Assembly: GCF_041687235.1 (NCBI RefSeq)
Contig: NZ_JAWLCH010000010.1
Location: 1,900 to 65,899 of the forward strand
Direction: 5' to 3'
Length of the DNA stretch: 64,000 nucleotides
From: Marinobacter sp.
GTDB lineage: Bacteria > Pseudomonadota > Gammaproteobacteria > Pseudomonadales > Oleiphilaceae
A program made the position numbers and the translations under genes. This document shows, piece after piece, positions 47,631 through 58,340 of this stretch; within the stretch, counting starts at the first letter, position 1, and the number at the start of each line of letters is the position of its first letter. The notes beneath the pieces were generated by a model that saw only the letters and a list, made by a program, of their open reading frames with translations, searched no databases and was not told where the DNA came from.

Positions 47631-50600
47631 ATGCGCGCACTGATCTTTGCAGCCATTGATCGCAGCCGAACCACGCTGCTGACGCTGTTGTTCCTGATCC
47701 TCGGCGGTATTGCTGCGTTTCAGACTATCCCGAAAGAAGCCAACCCCGACGTTACCATCCCGATGATCTATGTCTCCATGACCCTGGACGGCATCAGCCC
47801 CGAGGACGCGGAGCGTCTGTTGGTGCGGCCCATGGAGCAGGAATTGCGTTCGCTTGAGGGTATCAAGGAAATGCGGGGTACGGCCTCGGAAGGGCATGCC
47901 TCGGTGATGCTGGAGTTCGATGCCGGATTCGACCCGGACAAGGCTCTCCAGGATGTTCGGGAGAAGGTGGATACCGCCCGTACCAAGTTACCCCAGGAAG
48001 CCGATGAGCCGAGGGTGAACGAGATTAATGTCTCCCTGTTTCCGGTCCTGTCGGTTGGGCTCTCGGGCCCCTTGTCGGAGCGGGAACTGATCACCATCGC
48101 CAGGCGGTTCCAGGATGCCATTGAATCCATTCCGGAAGTTCTGGAAGTGGACATTGGCGGCGACCGTGAGGACCTGCTGGAAGTGGTGGTGGATCCCCAG
48201 GTTCTGGAGAGCTACGGCATCGACTTTGATCAACTGGCTTCCCTGGTAACCCGGAACAACCAGTTGGTGGCTGCCGGCTCCCTGGATACCGGCAACGGCC
48301 GCATGGCGCTGAAGGTCCCCGGAGTGATCGAGACGGTTGAGGATGTGATGTCCATGCCGATCAAAGTCGATGGTGACACCGTCGTCACGTTTGGCGATGT
48401 GGCCATGCTCCAGCGCACCTTCAAGGATCCCACCGGTTTTGCACGTATCAATGGCGAGCCGGCCCTGGTGCTGGAGGTGTCTAAACGCTCGGGTGCCAAT
48501 ATCATCGAAACCATTGCCCAGGTCCGGGAACTGATCGAACAGGCCCGGCCAGAGCTGCCGGAATCGCTGGAAATCCGCTACATCATGGACCAGTCCGAGG
48601 AAGTGCGGGACATCCTCAGTGATCTGCTGAACAACGTCCTAACTGCCATTGTGCTGGTTCTGATTGTGGTGATCGCCGCCATGGGGCCGCGCTCTGCGGT
48701 GATGGTGGGGCTGACCATTCCGGGCGCTTTTCTCACTGGTATTCTGGTGATCTGGAGTATGGGGCTTACCCTCAATATCGTGGTGCTGTTCAGCTTGATT
48801 CTGGTGGCGGGCATGCTCGTGGATGGCGCCATTGTGGTGTCTGAACTGGCGGACCGGAATCTCTCGGAGGGGCAGACAGTCAAGCACGCCTGGGCCGAGG
48901 CCGCCAGTCGCATGGCGTGGCCCATTATTGCTTCCACAGCGACCACCCTGGCGGTGTTTGTGCCTCTGCTGTTCTGGCCGGGGGTGGTCGGCGAGTTCAT
49001 GAAGTTCCTGCCCCTGACGGTCATCATCTGCCTGGTTGCTTCCCTGGCCATGGCGCTGGTGTTCCTGCCGGTGCTGGGCAGCGCCAGTGGCGGCCGCCGG
49101 GCCCGGCAGGACCACGGGGCAGGGCGCCTGATGCAGGGGTATCGGCGGGTTCTGGCCCTACTGCTCAAGTCTCCCGGGCTGACCCTGGTGGGTGTACTCT
49201 GTGTGATTGCGGTTATCTATGCGGCATACGCCCGCTTTAACCACGGCGTGGAATTTTTCCCCAGCGTGGAACCGGATTCGGCCCAGGTGCAGGTGAGAGC
49301 CAGAGGCGACCTTTCTGTGTGGGAAAGAGACGCCGTTGTTCGTGAGGTGGAACAACGCCTGCGGGGTATGCCGGAGGTGAAGGCCCTGTATGCCCGGTCG
49401 ATGGTCAGTGCCGGCTCGCAGCTGGCGCCGGATGTGATTGGTGTCCTTCAATTCCAGTTTACCGACTGGTACACCCGGCGTCCCGCCAGTGCCATTCTTG
49501 AGGAGTTCCGGGGGCTGACGTCTGATATTCCCGGGGTTGAGCTTGAATTCCGTAAGCAGGAGGGCGGGCCTGCGGAAGGTAAACCCATTGAGTTGCAGGT
49601 GAGTAGCCGGGAGGCGAACAACCTCAACGGCTACGTGGACGAAATCAAAGACCGCATGCGGGAACTGGGTGGCTTCGTTGACATTGAAGATGACCGGAGC
49701 CTGCCGGGCATCGAGTGGCGGCTGCAAGTCGACCGGGAGGCTGCAGCCCGCTTTGGCACCGACGTGTTGGGCATTGGCAGTGCTGTCCGTCTGGTCACCA
49801 ATGGCCTCATTCTGGCCACCTACCGCCCGGAGGACGTTCGGGACGAAGTCGATATTGTGGTGCGGGTCCCCAACAACTGGCGGGAACTGGACCATCTGCA
49901 ACGGCAGACCATCCACACCTCACGGGGCCAGGTACCGCTTTCGGAATTTGTTGATCTGCGACCCGGTGACAAGACCAACAGTATTGTCAGGGTGGATGGT
50001 CAGCGGACGGTGACGATCAAGTCTGACCTGGCCCAGGGCCGCCGTGTCGATGAATTGTTGCGGGCCCTTCAATCGGAAATGCCGGAGCCTCCGGACGGTA
50101 TTTCAGTGACGTTTGCCGGCGAGAATGAGGATCAGCAGCAGGCCTCGAATTTCCTGGCGACGGCTTTCCTGGTGGCGATTGGTTTGATGCTGCTGATATT
50201 GGTGACGCAGTTCAATTCGCTGTACCAGACCTTCCTGATCCTGTCTGCGATTGTGCTGTCGACGGCTGGCGTATTGCTGGGGCTGCTGGTCAACGGCCAG
50301 TCCTTTGGCATTGTGATGGTGGGTATGGGCACCATTGCTCTGGCGGGCATTGTAGTGAACAACAACATCATTCTGATAGACACCTACAACCAGATGCGCA
50401 AGGACGGCGTTGAGTCCTACCAGGCCGCCCTGGAAACCGGGTGCCTGCGTCTGCGGCCTGTGCTGCTTACCGCCATAACAACCGTTCTGGGCCTGATGCC
50501 CATGGTTTTGGGGGTGAACGTGGACCTGCTGACACCCTCCCTCGGCCTTGGGGCACCATCAACACAGTGGTGGACCCAGCTGTCCAGCGCGATCGCCGGG

Positions 50601-50714
50601 GGCCTGGCCTTTGCCACCATACTGACGCTGTTGCTCACGCCCGCATTGCTGGTTTTGGGAAATCGGGCCGGTCAGGCCTTCGGAAGGCTGACCGACCGGT
50701 TCCGCAGTGCTTAG
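47631..50714 (+). CDS. RND efflux permease (AcrB/CzcA-like)
   Basis: 1027 aa; [32 protein letters not shown]. Confidence 0.95.
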   Translation: MRALIFAAIDRSRTTLLTLLFLILGGIAAFQTIPKEANPDVTIPMIYVSMTLDGISPEDAERLLVRPMEQELRSLEGIKEMRGTASEGHASVMLEFDAGFDPDKALQDVREKVDTARTKLPQEADEPRVNEINVSLFPVLSVGLSGPLSERELITIARRFQDAIESIPEVLEVDIGGDREDLLEVVVDPQVLESYGIDFDQLASLVTRNNQLVAAGSLDTGNGRMALKVPGVIETVEDVMSMPIKVDGDTVVTFGDVAMLQRTFKDPTGFARINGEPALVLEVSKRSGANIIETIAQVRELIEQARPELPESLEIRYIMDQSEEVRDILSDLLNNVLTAIVLVLIVVIAAMGPRSAVMVGLTIPGAFLTGILVIWSMGLTLNIVVLFSLILVAGMLVDGAIVVSELADRNLSEGQTVKHAWAEAASRMAWPIIASTATTLAVFVPLLFWPGVVGEFMKFLPLTVIICLVASLAMALVFLPVLGSASGGRRARQDHGAGRLMQGYRRVLALLLKSPGLTLVGVLCVIAVIYAAYARFNHGVEFFPSVEPDSAQVQVRARGDLSVWERDAVVREVEQRLRGMPEVKALYARSMVSAGSQLAPDVIGVLQFQFTDWYTRRPASAILEEFRGLTSDIPGVELEFRKQEGGPAEGKPIELQVSSREANNLNGYVDEIKDRMRELGGFVDIEDDRSLPGIEWRLQVDREAAARFGTDVLGIGSAVRLVTNGLILATYRPEDVRDEVDIVVRVPNNWRELDHLQRQTIHTSRGQVPLSEFVDLRPGDKTNSIVRVDGQRTVTIKSDLAQGRRVDELLRALQSEMPEPPDGISVTFAGENEDQQQASNFLATAFLVAIGLMLLILVTQFNSLYQTFLILSAIVLSTAGVLLGLLVNGQSFGIVMVGMGTIALAGIVVNNNIILIDTYNQMRKDGVESYQAALETGCLRLRPVLLTAITTVLGLMPMVLGVNVDLLTPSLGLGAPSTQWWTQLSSAIAGGLAFATILTLLLTPALLVLGNRAGQAFGRLTDRFRSA

Positions 50715-52336
50715 TGCCTGATGCGGTTAGCCAGTTCCTTTGCCCGGGTTGCCATGGCCTCAAGCTCGGGTACGGTGCGCAGGTTGTTCTCGGCCGCCTG
50801 ATGCATGGCTTCTGAGGTCTCGGCCACATCGGTGACGTTTCGGTTGATGTCTTCACAGACGCTGGTCTGTTCTTCGGCGGCCGTGGCTACCTGCGTTGTT
50901 GCATCACTGATACTGCCCATACGTCGGTTGATTTCCGCCAGGGTGGTGCGGACCGCTTCGACTGCCTCGCTGCTTTCCTGGGCAACAACACCCGAGGCCT
51001 GCATGAACTCCGTGGCATCCCGTGAGGCACCGCCGATCGCACCGATAATCTGGTCAATCTCCACGGTCGCTTCCTGGGTTTTGGCGGCCAGATTGCGTAC
51101 CTCATCGGCAACCACGGCAAAACCGCGACCGGCGTCGCCTGCCCGGGCTGCCTCGATGGCCGCGTTCAGGGCCAGCAGGTTGGTCTGGTCCGCAATCTCC
51201 CGGATAACCTGCATGACGTCACCCACCTTTTTGCCATCGTTGGCGAGCTGATTGACGGTTTCGGCTGAGCTCCGGATCTGGTCGGTCAGCCGCTGCATAC
51301 TGTCCACCGCCTTGTTGATCTGTGAGTCGGCGGTGGCGGTTTCTTCGGATGTCTGGGTGACCTCGGTGGCCACCGACGCCGCGTGACTGGCAACGTCCTC
51401 GGCGGTCGCCGACATCTCGTTCATGGCGGTGGCAATTTGCTCTATGCGCTGGTGAGCCATGTCGGACTGGCTGACAACGCTGTTGGCGTTCTGGCGAATC
51501 AGTTCACCGGTGTCGTTCAATTGCCTGGCATTCTCGCTCAACTGGGTGCCGGTATCGCTGAGGAATCGGTGCAGGCTACGGGCGGCATCCGCCAACTGCC
51601 CCAATTCATCGGCGCGCTTCATGGTGACCGGATCGGAGAGGTCTCCGTCGCCCAGACGAGAAATTTGTGACGTGAGTTGCTGTGCGGGCCGGACCACACC
51701 CGACAGCAGGATCATGATCAGAACCACGGTGCCAAGAATGATTGCGGCGATCAGAAGCCCCGCCACCAGCCAGCTCCGTTCGGTGACAACGGTGTTCAGT
51801 GTCCCGGCCCTGGCAAGGCTGTCTTCCCGAACCGCGGCGGCCGCATCTTCAATCAGTCTGGCGGGTTCCCGGTCGATCCCCTGGACGGCCACATCGCCTG
51901 CGTTCGGATCAAAACCGGAGCGGGTGAAGGACTGGAATCCCTCACGATAGGCCCGGCCCATTGTCCGGTGTGCCTGTTTGAAATCGGACATCAGGCCCTT
52001 CGCCCCGGGCTCCTGAATACGGGGAATCAGTTCGTCAAGCTGGCTCTGGATGGACGCCTCCTGCTCCTGGAAGCGGTTCCAGTATTTCTCCAGTTGGCCG
52101 GGGTCTGATCCCCGAATCAGGACATTCTTCCATTCCTGCACCTGGGTTTTGAAATCCGAAAGCACATCCTGGGACTCGAGCGCCGTGACCATTCGGTTGC
52201 TGACGAGGTCGTTGAAATCGTCTTTGACTTTCAGGGAAAAATTCAGGTAAATCACCGCCACGGCAGCGACGATCAGGTTTGCCGTCAAGACGACCAGGAG
52301 AACCCGGTTGAGAATGCTTTTGGAGTACCAGCTCAT
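50711..52336 (-). CDS. Methyl-accepting chemotaxis protein
   Basis: Two TMs, [38 protein letters not shown]. Confidence 0.96.
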   Translation of the reverse strand: MSWYSKSILNRVLLVVLTANLIVAAVAVIYLNFSLKVKDDFNDLVSNRMVTALESQDVLSDFKTQVQEWKNVLIRGSDPGQLEKYWNRFQEQEASIQSQLDELIPRIQEPGAKGLMSDFKQAHRTMGRAYREGFQSFTRSGFDPNAGDVAVQGIDREPARLIEDAAAAVREDSLARAGTLNTVVTERSWLVAGLLIAAIILGTVVLIMILLSGVVRPAQQLTSQISRLGDGDLSDPVTMKRADELGQLADAARSLHRFLSDTGTQLSENARQLNDTGELIRQNANSVVSQSDMAHQRIEQIATAMNEMSATAEDVASHAASVATEVTQTSEETATADSQINKAVDSMQRLTDQIRSSAETVNQLANDGKKVGDVMQVIREIADQTNLLALNAAIEAARAGDAGRGFAVVADEVRNLAAKTQEATVEIDQIIGAIGGASRDATEFMQASGVVAQESSEAVEAVRTTLAEINRRMGSISDATTQVATAAEEQTSVCEDINRNVTDVAETSEAMHQAAENNLRTVPELEAMATRAKELANRIRH

Positions 52337-52418
52337 TGATAGGTCCTGAGTGTAATCGGGCGAAAGGGTATGTATTCAGTGTATACGTGAATTTACATGA
52401 TTAGGTTATCTACTTTTG

Positions 52419-52445
52419 GTATCGGCCGTTCTGAAGCGGTCTTGA
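52419..52445 (-). promoter_or_regulatory. FliA (sigma28) promoter for the MCP
   Basis: Minus strand TCAAG-N14-GCCGATAC, matching the pseudomonad-type sigma28 consensus, ~80 nt upstream of the ATG. Confidence 0.8.
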
Positions 52446-52491
52446 CTGCAACTGCCCCTTTTAAATGTGAAGCTTTTATGACAGTTGTCTC

Positions 52492-53235
52492 ATGAGCAAT
52501 CCACTAACCGTTCTCTATCGGGACGAACATTTGCTAGTCGTGCACAAGCCGGCAGGATTGCTGGTGCACCGTAGCCCGATCGACAAACATGAAACCGAGT
52601 TTGCCCTGCAATATGCCCGTGCACTCAATGATGGCCAGCATGTTTTCCCCGTGCACCGCCTGGACCGGCCCACATCCGGTATTCTTGTGTTTGCCAGGGA
52701 CAGCGATACCGCCCGGGTACTGGGTTTGGCGATGATGGCTGGCGAGGTGACCAAAACCTATCTGGCTATGGTCCGTGGCTGGCCACCGGAGCGCGGAGAC
52801 ATTGATCACCCCCTGCGGGAGGAGCCGGACGATCGGCGTCTGAAGGGGGTGGAGCAGCCGGTACGGGACGCAGTCACTCAGTACCGGACACTGGCAACCA
52901 CCGAGCTACCGGTCGAGATCGAGAAATACCCGACCAGTCGCTATGCGGTGGTGGAGCTGCGCCCGAAAACGGGCCGAAAGCATCAGCTGCGACGGCACAT
53001 GAAGCATATTAACCACCCGATCATCGGCGATGCCAATCACGGTCGGGGCCGGCACAACCGCTATTTCGCCGAGCGGTTTGGTCAGGGTCGGTTAATGCTG
53101 GCGGCCACGGGAATGGCCTTTCAGCACCCGGGCTCGGGTGAGCCGATGTCGATCACTGCGTCGCCGGAGGCAAGTTTCCTGGAGGTGTTATCGGTATTTC
53201 CGGGGTTTGATGTGCCGGATCAGCCTGAAAAGTAG
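52492..53235 (+). CDS. truC: tRNA pseudouridine synthase C (RluA family)
   Basis: KPAGLLVHRS, VHRLDRPTSG, PKTGRKHQLRRH, IIGDANHG. Confidence 0.9.
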   Translation: MSNPLTVLYRDEHLLVVHKPAGLLVHRSPIDKHETEFALQYARALNDGQHVFPVHRLDRPTSGILVFARDSDTARVLGLAMMAGEVTKTYLAMVRGWPPERGDIDHPLREEPDDRRLKGVEQPVRDAVTQYRTLATTELPVEIEKYPTSRYAVVELRPKTGRKHQLRRHMKHINHPIIGDANHGRGRHNRYFAERFGQGRLMLAATGMAFQHPGSGEPMSITASPEASFLEVLSVFPGFDVPDQPEK

Positions 53236-55088
53236 CGGCTTATGAATTCCGGGTAGGGAAGCGGTCTACTGTAGCGGTAACCCTGGAGGTAGTCGCAGCC
53301 TTTTTCGAACAGCCAGGCTTCATGGGCCTCGCTTTCCACCCCTTCCGCGACGACAGAAAGCCCGAGCCCCCTGGCAAGTCCGATGATCGACAGGGTAATG
53401 GCGCAATCGTTTTCATCGTCAGGCAGGTTGTTGATGAAGGAGCGATCAATCTTGATCCGGGAGAAAGGCAGGCTCTTGAGCCGGGACAGCGATGAATAGC
53501 CGGTGCCGAAATCGTCGATGGCAAGCTCGGCGCCAGCCTCTACCAGCTTTTCGAGAACCCGGCCGATCACGTTGAAATCCCCCTGGATCGAATCTTCAGT
53601 GACTTCGAACTGCAGGGCACTGACGGGCATATCGTGCTGGTTGCAGATTTCCTGTACCAGCTCCGGTAACTCGGGAACCAGAACCTGCTCGGCCGAAAGG
53701 TTGACGGAAAGGGTGGGCAAGGGGATGTTCCGGTCACTCGCGTCACGCCAGTGCGCGCAGACGGTTTTAAGTACACAGGCGCCCAGTTCGTACATCAGGC
53801 CCGCGCTCCTTGCCACATCCAGAAACTCGATTGGGGATAGCCAGCCACGCTGTGGGTGCTGCCACCGAACCAGGGCCTCGGCGCTTTCCAGCTGTTCTCC
53901 TGTTCGATCCATGATCGGCTGATAGAACACGTCCAGGCCATTGGTTTTCAGTGTTTCCCGCAGTTCGCTTTCCAGGGCAAATCGGGAGCGGGCTGTCATC
54001 TGGATTTCTGAATCAAACAGGGTGGAGCGGTCCCGGCCTTGTCTTTTGGCATGGTACATCGCGGCTTCCGCGCCCCGGAGCAGTTCTTCCGGTTCATGGC
54101 AGTCACCCGGGAAGTGGCAAATGCCCATACTGGCACTGACGTTCAGATCCTGATCGGATACCCGGATGGGCTGGCGGATCCGGCTCTGGATTTCCCGGGT
54201 CACTTCATCGAGGAAGCCAGGCAGGGTGTAATTGCGGATGACCAGTGCAAATTCGTCTCCGCCGATGCGGGCCAGAAAGTCTTTGCCCGCCAGTTGAATC
54301 TCTTTCAGCCTGAGGCCAATATCGGCAATGACCTGATCCCCTGCCTGGGGTCCAAGGCCGTCGTTGATGGTTTTCAGGCGGTCAACATCAATCCACAGCA
54401 GTGCCAGACTGCCGGTACCCCGTCGTTTGATCTTGCGCACGAGGTGACCGAGCCGGTCGCGAAGGGAATCAATATTGGCAAGGCCGGTGAGGGAGTCGTA
54501 ACGGCTGACGTACTCCAGGGCCCGCTTGGATCTCAGCCAGGCTTCGTGAGTGTTCATCAGGCTGATGGTGTCAGCGATGGCAACGGCCAGGGAGATGTCC
54601 GGGACCGACCACGACCGGCGCACGTCCGATTCCAGACAGATAACACCGCTGAGCCGTTCGCCGTCGAAAATCGGCGCATCCAGCATGGCGTGAATGTTCT
54701 GAACAGACAGATATTCGCTATCGAATGAACGGGTGCGGATATCGTTACGGGCGTCTTCCACGGCAATGACCCGTTCTTCCGTAATGGCCCGGAAGTACTC
54801 GGGGTGGTCCGAACGGAACAGGTTGAACTCTGACCCTTTCTGCGGCACGCAGCTGTTGCTGCCTGGCTGATCTTCGTCGTGCAGCCACTCGCAGCTGATT
54901 CGGTCCCGTTCCGGAGGAAACAGCCAGACGCTTGCCCGCTTCAACCCCAATAGCCGGGTACACAGCTCCATAAGGGCTGACAGTTTCCGGGGGCGGGGCA
55001 TCTCGATAAAGCTGACGTTGTGGCTCAGCTCCATCAGCGCCTTGTGGTGGGTCACGAGGACTTCACTGTCACGCATGGCCGGGCTCAA
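53220..55088 (-). CDS. GAF-GGDEF-EAL diguanylate cyclase/phosphodiesterase
   Basis: Intact ARIGGDEF, AEALVRW, DDFGTGYSSL; start may be 55076. Confidence 0.93.
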   Translation of the reverse strand: MSPAMRDSEVLVTHHKALMELSHNVSFIEMPRPRKLSALMELCTRLLGLKRASVWLFPPERDRISCEWLHDEDQPGSNSCVPQKGSEFNLFRSDHPEYFRAITEERVIAVEDARNDIRTRSFDSEYLSVQNIHAMLDAPIFDGERLSGVICLESDVRRSWSVPDISLAVAIADTISLMNTHEAWLRSKRALEYVSRYDSLTGLANIDSLRDRLGHLVRKIKRRGTGSLALLWIDVDRLKTINDGLGPQAGDQVIADIGLRLKEIQLAGKDFLARIGGDEFALVIRNYTLPGFLDEVTREIQSRIRQPIRVSDQDLNVSASMGICHFPGDCHEPEELLRGAEAAMYHAKRQGRDRSTLFDSEIQMTARSRFALESELRETLKTNGLDVFYQPIMDRTGEQLESAEALVRWQHPQRGWLSPIEFLDVARSAGLMYELGACVLKTVCAHWRDASDRNIPLPTLSVNLSAEQVLVPELPELVQEICNQHDMPVSALQFEVTEDSIQGDFNVIGRVLEKLVEAGAELAIDDFGTGYSSLSRLKSLPFSRIKIDRSFINNLPDDENDCAITLSIIGLARGLGLSVVAEGVESEAHEAWLFEKGCDYLQGYRYSRPLPYPEFISRYFSG

Positions 55089-55203
55089 TGTGTTGTCCCT
55101 TTGCTTGAAATACGAACGGCCTGGGCTCTCGGTTCGGCGGAGAAGTCAGGTTATTTCTGAGCTTCCTATAGAATATGGCAGCTGTTTTTATAAGTGTCCA
55201 ACC

Positions 55204-56709
55204 TCAGACCGTATTAGCCAGTGAATTGCCGGTGATACGGTTTTCGCTGTCACGGTCCTGGCGATCGAGATCGCGGGCCAGCGGCCAAGGATGGGCGGCT
55301 TCCAGGGTGTAAGCAATATCCAGAAGGGTGCGTTCGCCCCCGTGACGCCCCATGAACTGCACGGATACCGGCAGTTGGTCGGGCGTGTGCCCCATGGGAA
55401 TCGAGATTGCCGGTGCGCCGGTGGCGTTGGCCAGCGGCGTGAAGCTCACATACTGCCGCAGTCGATCGAACAGGGTGTCGAAGGGCACGTCAGGGCTGAG
55501 GTGACCAAGGGGTGGCGTTGTGTGACCCAGCACTGGCGTGAGTACCGCATCAAAACCGGCCATGGCGTGTGCATAATCGTGCCAGGACCGCTTCAGCCGC
55601 CAGAGTGCGGTGGGCAGGCGCCAGAACTGCCGCCGAAACCTCTGGTCGAGCCCGTTGGTCAGTCCGTCTGTCTGGCGTTTGTCGAACGCTGGATGAAGCA
55701 GTTTTTTGCCATTGGCCCTGATGCCGAAGGCCAGCAATGCCCAGTAGAGGGCGAAATCATCCGGGAACGCGCTGTGTACCGGAACGGGAACAGGCTCGAT
55801 GTGGTGGCCCTGTTTTTCCAGCCTGAGCGCGGTTTCCTCAACCGTCTGGCGGGTAATGTCATCAGTTTTGTGGCCATTAATGGAGTCCAGCACCAGACCG
55901 ATTTTCAGGGGACGACCCGACGGGCCCTCGATTTTGCCGACCGGCGGCAGCTTTGGATTCCGGTAATAAGTCTCGGCGTGATCGAGAAAGTTGGCGGTAT
56001 CCCTTACCGAGCGAGTCAATACACCTTCGCTGATAATGTTGATGGGGAGGGAAGCGGCCGCCTCGTTGTCGATCAACCGTCCTCGCGTGGGTTTCAGGCC
56101 TACCAGACCGCAGCAAGCCGCGGGGATCCGGATGGAGCCCCCGCCATCATTGGCATGGGCAATTGGAACCACGCCCGCTGCCACCAGGGCCGCTGAACCG
56201 CCCGAGGAGGCACCTGATGAGTAAGCCAGATTCCAGGGGTTACGTGTAGCTGGCCCATGGGCAGGTTCGGTGGTGGCGTTGAACCCGAATTCGGGCAGGG
56301 TGCTTTTGCCCAGGCAAAGAAAACCCTGGGCCAGCATCTGTCGGGCAAACGGACTGGTCTCGGTTGCCGGTGCTTCCGGCACGGCCAGAGAGCCATGGCG
56401 GGTAGTCAGGCCTGCCACGTTGGTGTTGTCTTTTATGTAGGTTGGTACGCCCCGGAAAAAAGGCGACGGAACGGAGCCCTCTTTTGAATCCAGCACCGAA
56501 GCTGCATGGATGGCTTCGTCATAGCTTTCTGCGGCTACACCATGGATCAGGGGCTGGGCAGCACGTGCCCTGGCAATGGCTGCCCTGGTGAGTTCCGTAA
56601 TGGAGATATCCCGATTACGAATCTTCTCGGCCAGGGCTGTGGCGTCATCCCGCCCCATGGCGTCGTTGCTGAACACATGGCAAGACTGTGGAGTTTCAGG
56701 GGCGGACAT
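55204..56709 (-). CDS. Amidase signature family protein
   Basis: GVPTYIKD, SSGASSGGSAA, DGGGSIRIPA; start at ATG 56709. Confidence 0.93.
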   Translation of the reverse strand: MSAPETPQSCHVFSNDAMGRDDATALAEKIRNRDISITELTRAAIARARAAQPLIHGVAAESYDEAIHAASVLDSKEGSVPSPFFRGVPTYIKDNTNVAGLTTRHGSLAVPEAPATETSPFARQMLAQGFLCLGKSTLPEFGFNATTEPAHGPATRNPWNLAYSSGASSGGSAALVAAGVVPIAHANDGGGSIRIPAACCGLVGLKPTRGRLIDNEAAASLPINIISEGVLTRSVRDTANFLDHAETYYRNPKLPPVGKIEGPSGRPLKIGLVLDSINGHKTDDITRQTVEETALRLEKQGHHIEPVPVPVHSAFPDDFALYWALLAFGIRANGKKLLHPAFDKRQTDGLTNGLDQRFRRQFWRLPTALWRLKRSWHDYAHAMAGFDAVLTPVLGHTTPPLGHLSPDVPFDTLFDRLRQYVSFTPLANATGAPAISIPMGHTPDQLPVSVQFMGRHGGERTLLDIAYTLEAAHPWPLARDLDRQDRDSENRITGNSLANTV

Positions 56710-56881
56710 AAACTCATTCTCCGAAAAAAAACACTCAAATACTCTAATGCATTTAAAAACGTGATGACATGTCATTTCAGGTAGGGTGGGCACCTGATCG
56801 TCACAACTCCCGGCGCAGACTCTTTTCACAGAGGTTTTCAGATAATAAGCTGTCGACCTTAACCCGTTGTAAGCGATCCTG

Positions 56882-57490
56882 ATGGAATCTATTGAACCCC
56901 TGGTACGGCACTTTCTCGGAATTTTCTTCCTGATGATCGGTCTGCAGTTTGCCGGCCGAAGCCTCGGTCTGTTCCAGCGCATGCAGTTTTCTCACATCAA
57001 CTACGGTCGTCGTGGAAGCGCACCCTGGTGGCATCGGCATATCTTCAACGTGTTCCGGGCGCTCATCCTGGGCATTTGCGTGGTGCGGATTTTTGCGGAT
57101 ATCGACGGCTGGCTGGGCGTTTTCGGCCTGCTTTACGAGTGGCCGGTCTTGCTGGCCGGCATGCTATTGCTGATTGCCTCGTTCACCTCGGTGAATTATC
57201 TGCAGGCTTACATGCATGAGGACTGGCGTTCCGGTATTGATCCCCGCAAGGATCAGCGCAAACTGCTGACAAGCGGTCCTTTCGCCCGCTCCCGGAACCC
57301 GCTGTTTCTGGCTGTGATGGCTGGGCAACTGGGGTTTTTCCTGGCTCTGCCCAGTGTGTTTTCGCTGGTGTGCCTGGTGGCGGGAGTGCTGGTGATTACC
57401 CGCCAGGCCCGGGAGGAAGAGAAGGCGCTGGCGGATAAATTCGGGGAGGAATACGAGCGTTACCGGGTGAGGGTTCCACGCTGGTTCTGA
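56882..57490 (+). CDS. ICMT/PEMT-family membrane methyltransferase
   Basis: LLTSGPFARSRNPLF...EEKALADKFGEEYERYRVRVPRW. Confidence 0.85.
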   Translation: MESIEPLVRHFLGIFFLMIGLQFAGRSLGLFQRMQFSHINYGRRGSAPWWHRHIFNVFRALILGICVVRIFADIDGWLGVFGLLYEWPVLLAGMLLLIASFTSVNYLQAYMHEDWRSGIDPRKDQRKLLTSGPFARSRNPLFLAVMAGQLGFFLALPSVFSLVCLVAGVLVITRQAREEEKALADKFGEEYERYRVRVPRWF

Positions 57491-57511
57491 TCCGGAAGAG
57501 GGGGCTGCGTG

Positions 57512-58291
57512 TTATGCGGAATTTTTTCGCGCTTCCTTGATGACATCGTAGGCATGACTGATCTCCCGGGTACGCTCCTCCGCCATTTCCCGCATGCTTT
57601 CGGGTAGTCCCCGACCCGCAAGCTTGTCCGGGTGGTTCTCGCTCATCAGTTTGCGATAGGCCTTCTTGAGGTCCGCATCACTGGCCGAGGGTGATACGCC
57701 GAGTACTTTGTAGGCATCGCTGATCTGGTCTTCTGAAGAGGGTTGGCCAGCCCCGGCCCGATGGGTGTGAGCGCCCCGCAGCATGGCTTCCAACTGGTCA
57801 ACCTGGCTCTCGGGCAGGCCCAGACCGCGGGCGATCCGCACCAGCATTTCGTGTTCTGCGGGGTGTACAACGCCATCGGCAGCCACGGCCGATACCTGAA
57901 CCTGAAGAAACATCTGCAGGAAGGCCGGTTGTCGGCCACTGCCCTGCAGGAACCGGTTCAGTTCGGCGTCCAGATCAAAGTCCGGTTCCTTGCCCCGGTT
58001 GAAGGCGGCCTTCGCTTTGGCTTTCTGTTCCTCATTGAGGCGGAAGCGTACAAACATGGCTTCCGCCATCTGGATTTCATCCCGGGATATAACGCCGTCT
58101 GCCTTGCACAGGGCTCCCATGACCGCAAACACGGATTCGATAAACCCGGACTGGATGCTCTGAAGCTTACCAAGCAGTCGGCGCTTCAGACGGTTGAAGA
58201 GAAAGGCGCCAATCGCCGCACCCACCAGAAAACCCGGAAATTTGCCAAAGGCGTAGCCAATCAGCCCGCCAACGATGATTGCAAACAGCAT
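57512..58291 (-). CDS. djlA: Co-chaperone DjlA
   Basis: N-terminal TM, TerB-like KADGVIS, J-domain KKAYRKLMSENHPDKL. Confidence 0.93.
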   Translation of the reverse strand: MLFAIIVGGLIGYAFGKFPGFLVGAAIGAFLFNRLKRRLLGKLQSIQSGFIESVFAVMGALCKADGVISRDEIQMAEAMFVRFRLNEEQKAKAKAAFNRGKEPDFDLDAELNRFLQGSGRQPAFLQMFLQVQVSAVAADGVVHPAEHEMLVRIARGLGLPESQVDQLEAMLRGAHTHRAGAGQPSSEDQISDAYKVLGVSPSASDADLKKAYRKLMSENHPDKLAGRGLPESMREMAEERTREISHAYDVIKEARKNSA

Positions 58292-58340
58292 TACTTGGTC
58301 CTTAACAGGAATGAATCAGCCGATAGAATATACGTGTTTT

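Noticed and set aside
58298-58326. GCCGATAG as a FliA promoter
   Set aside because: Poor -35 spacing and it points antisense into the HD-GYP gene end
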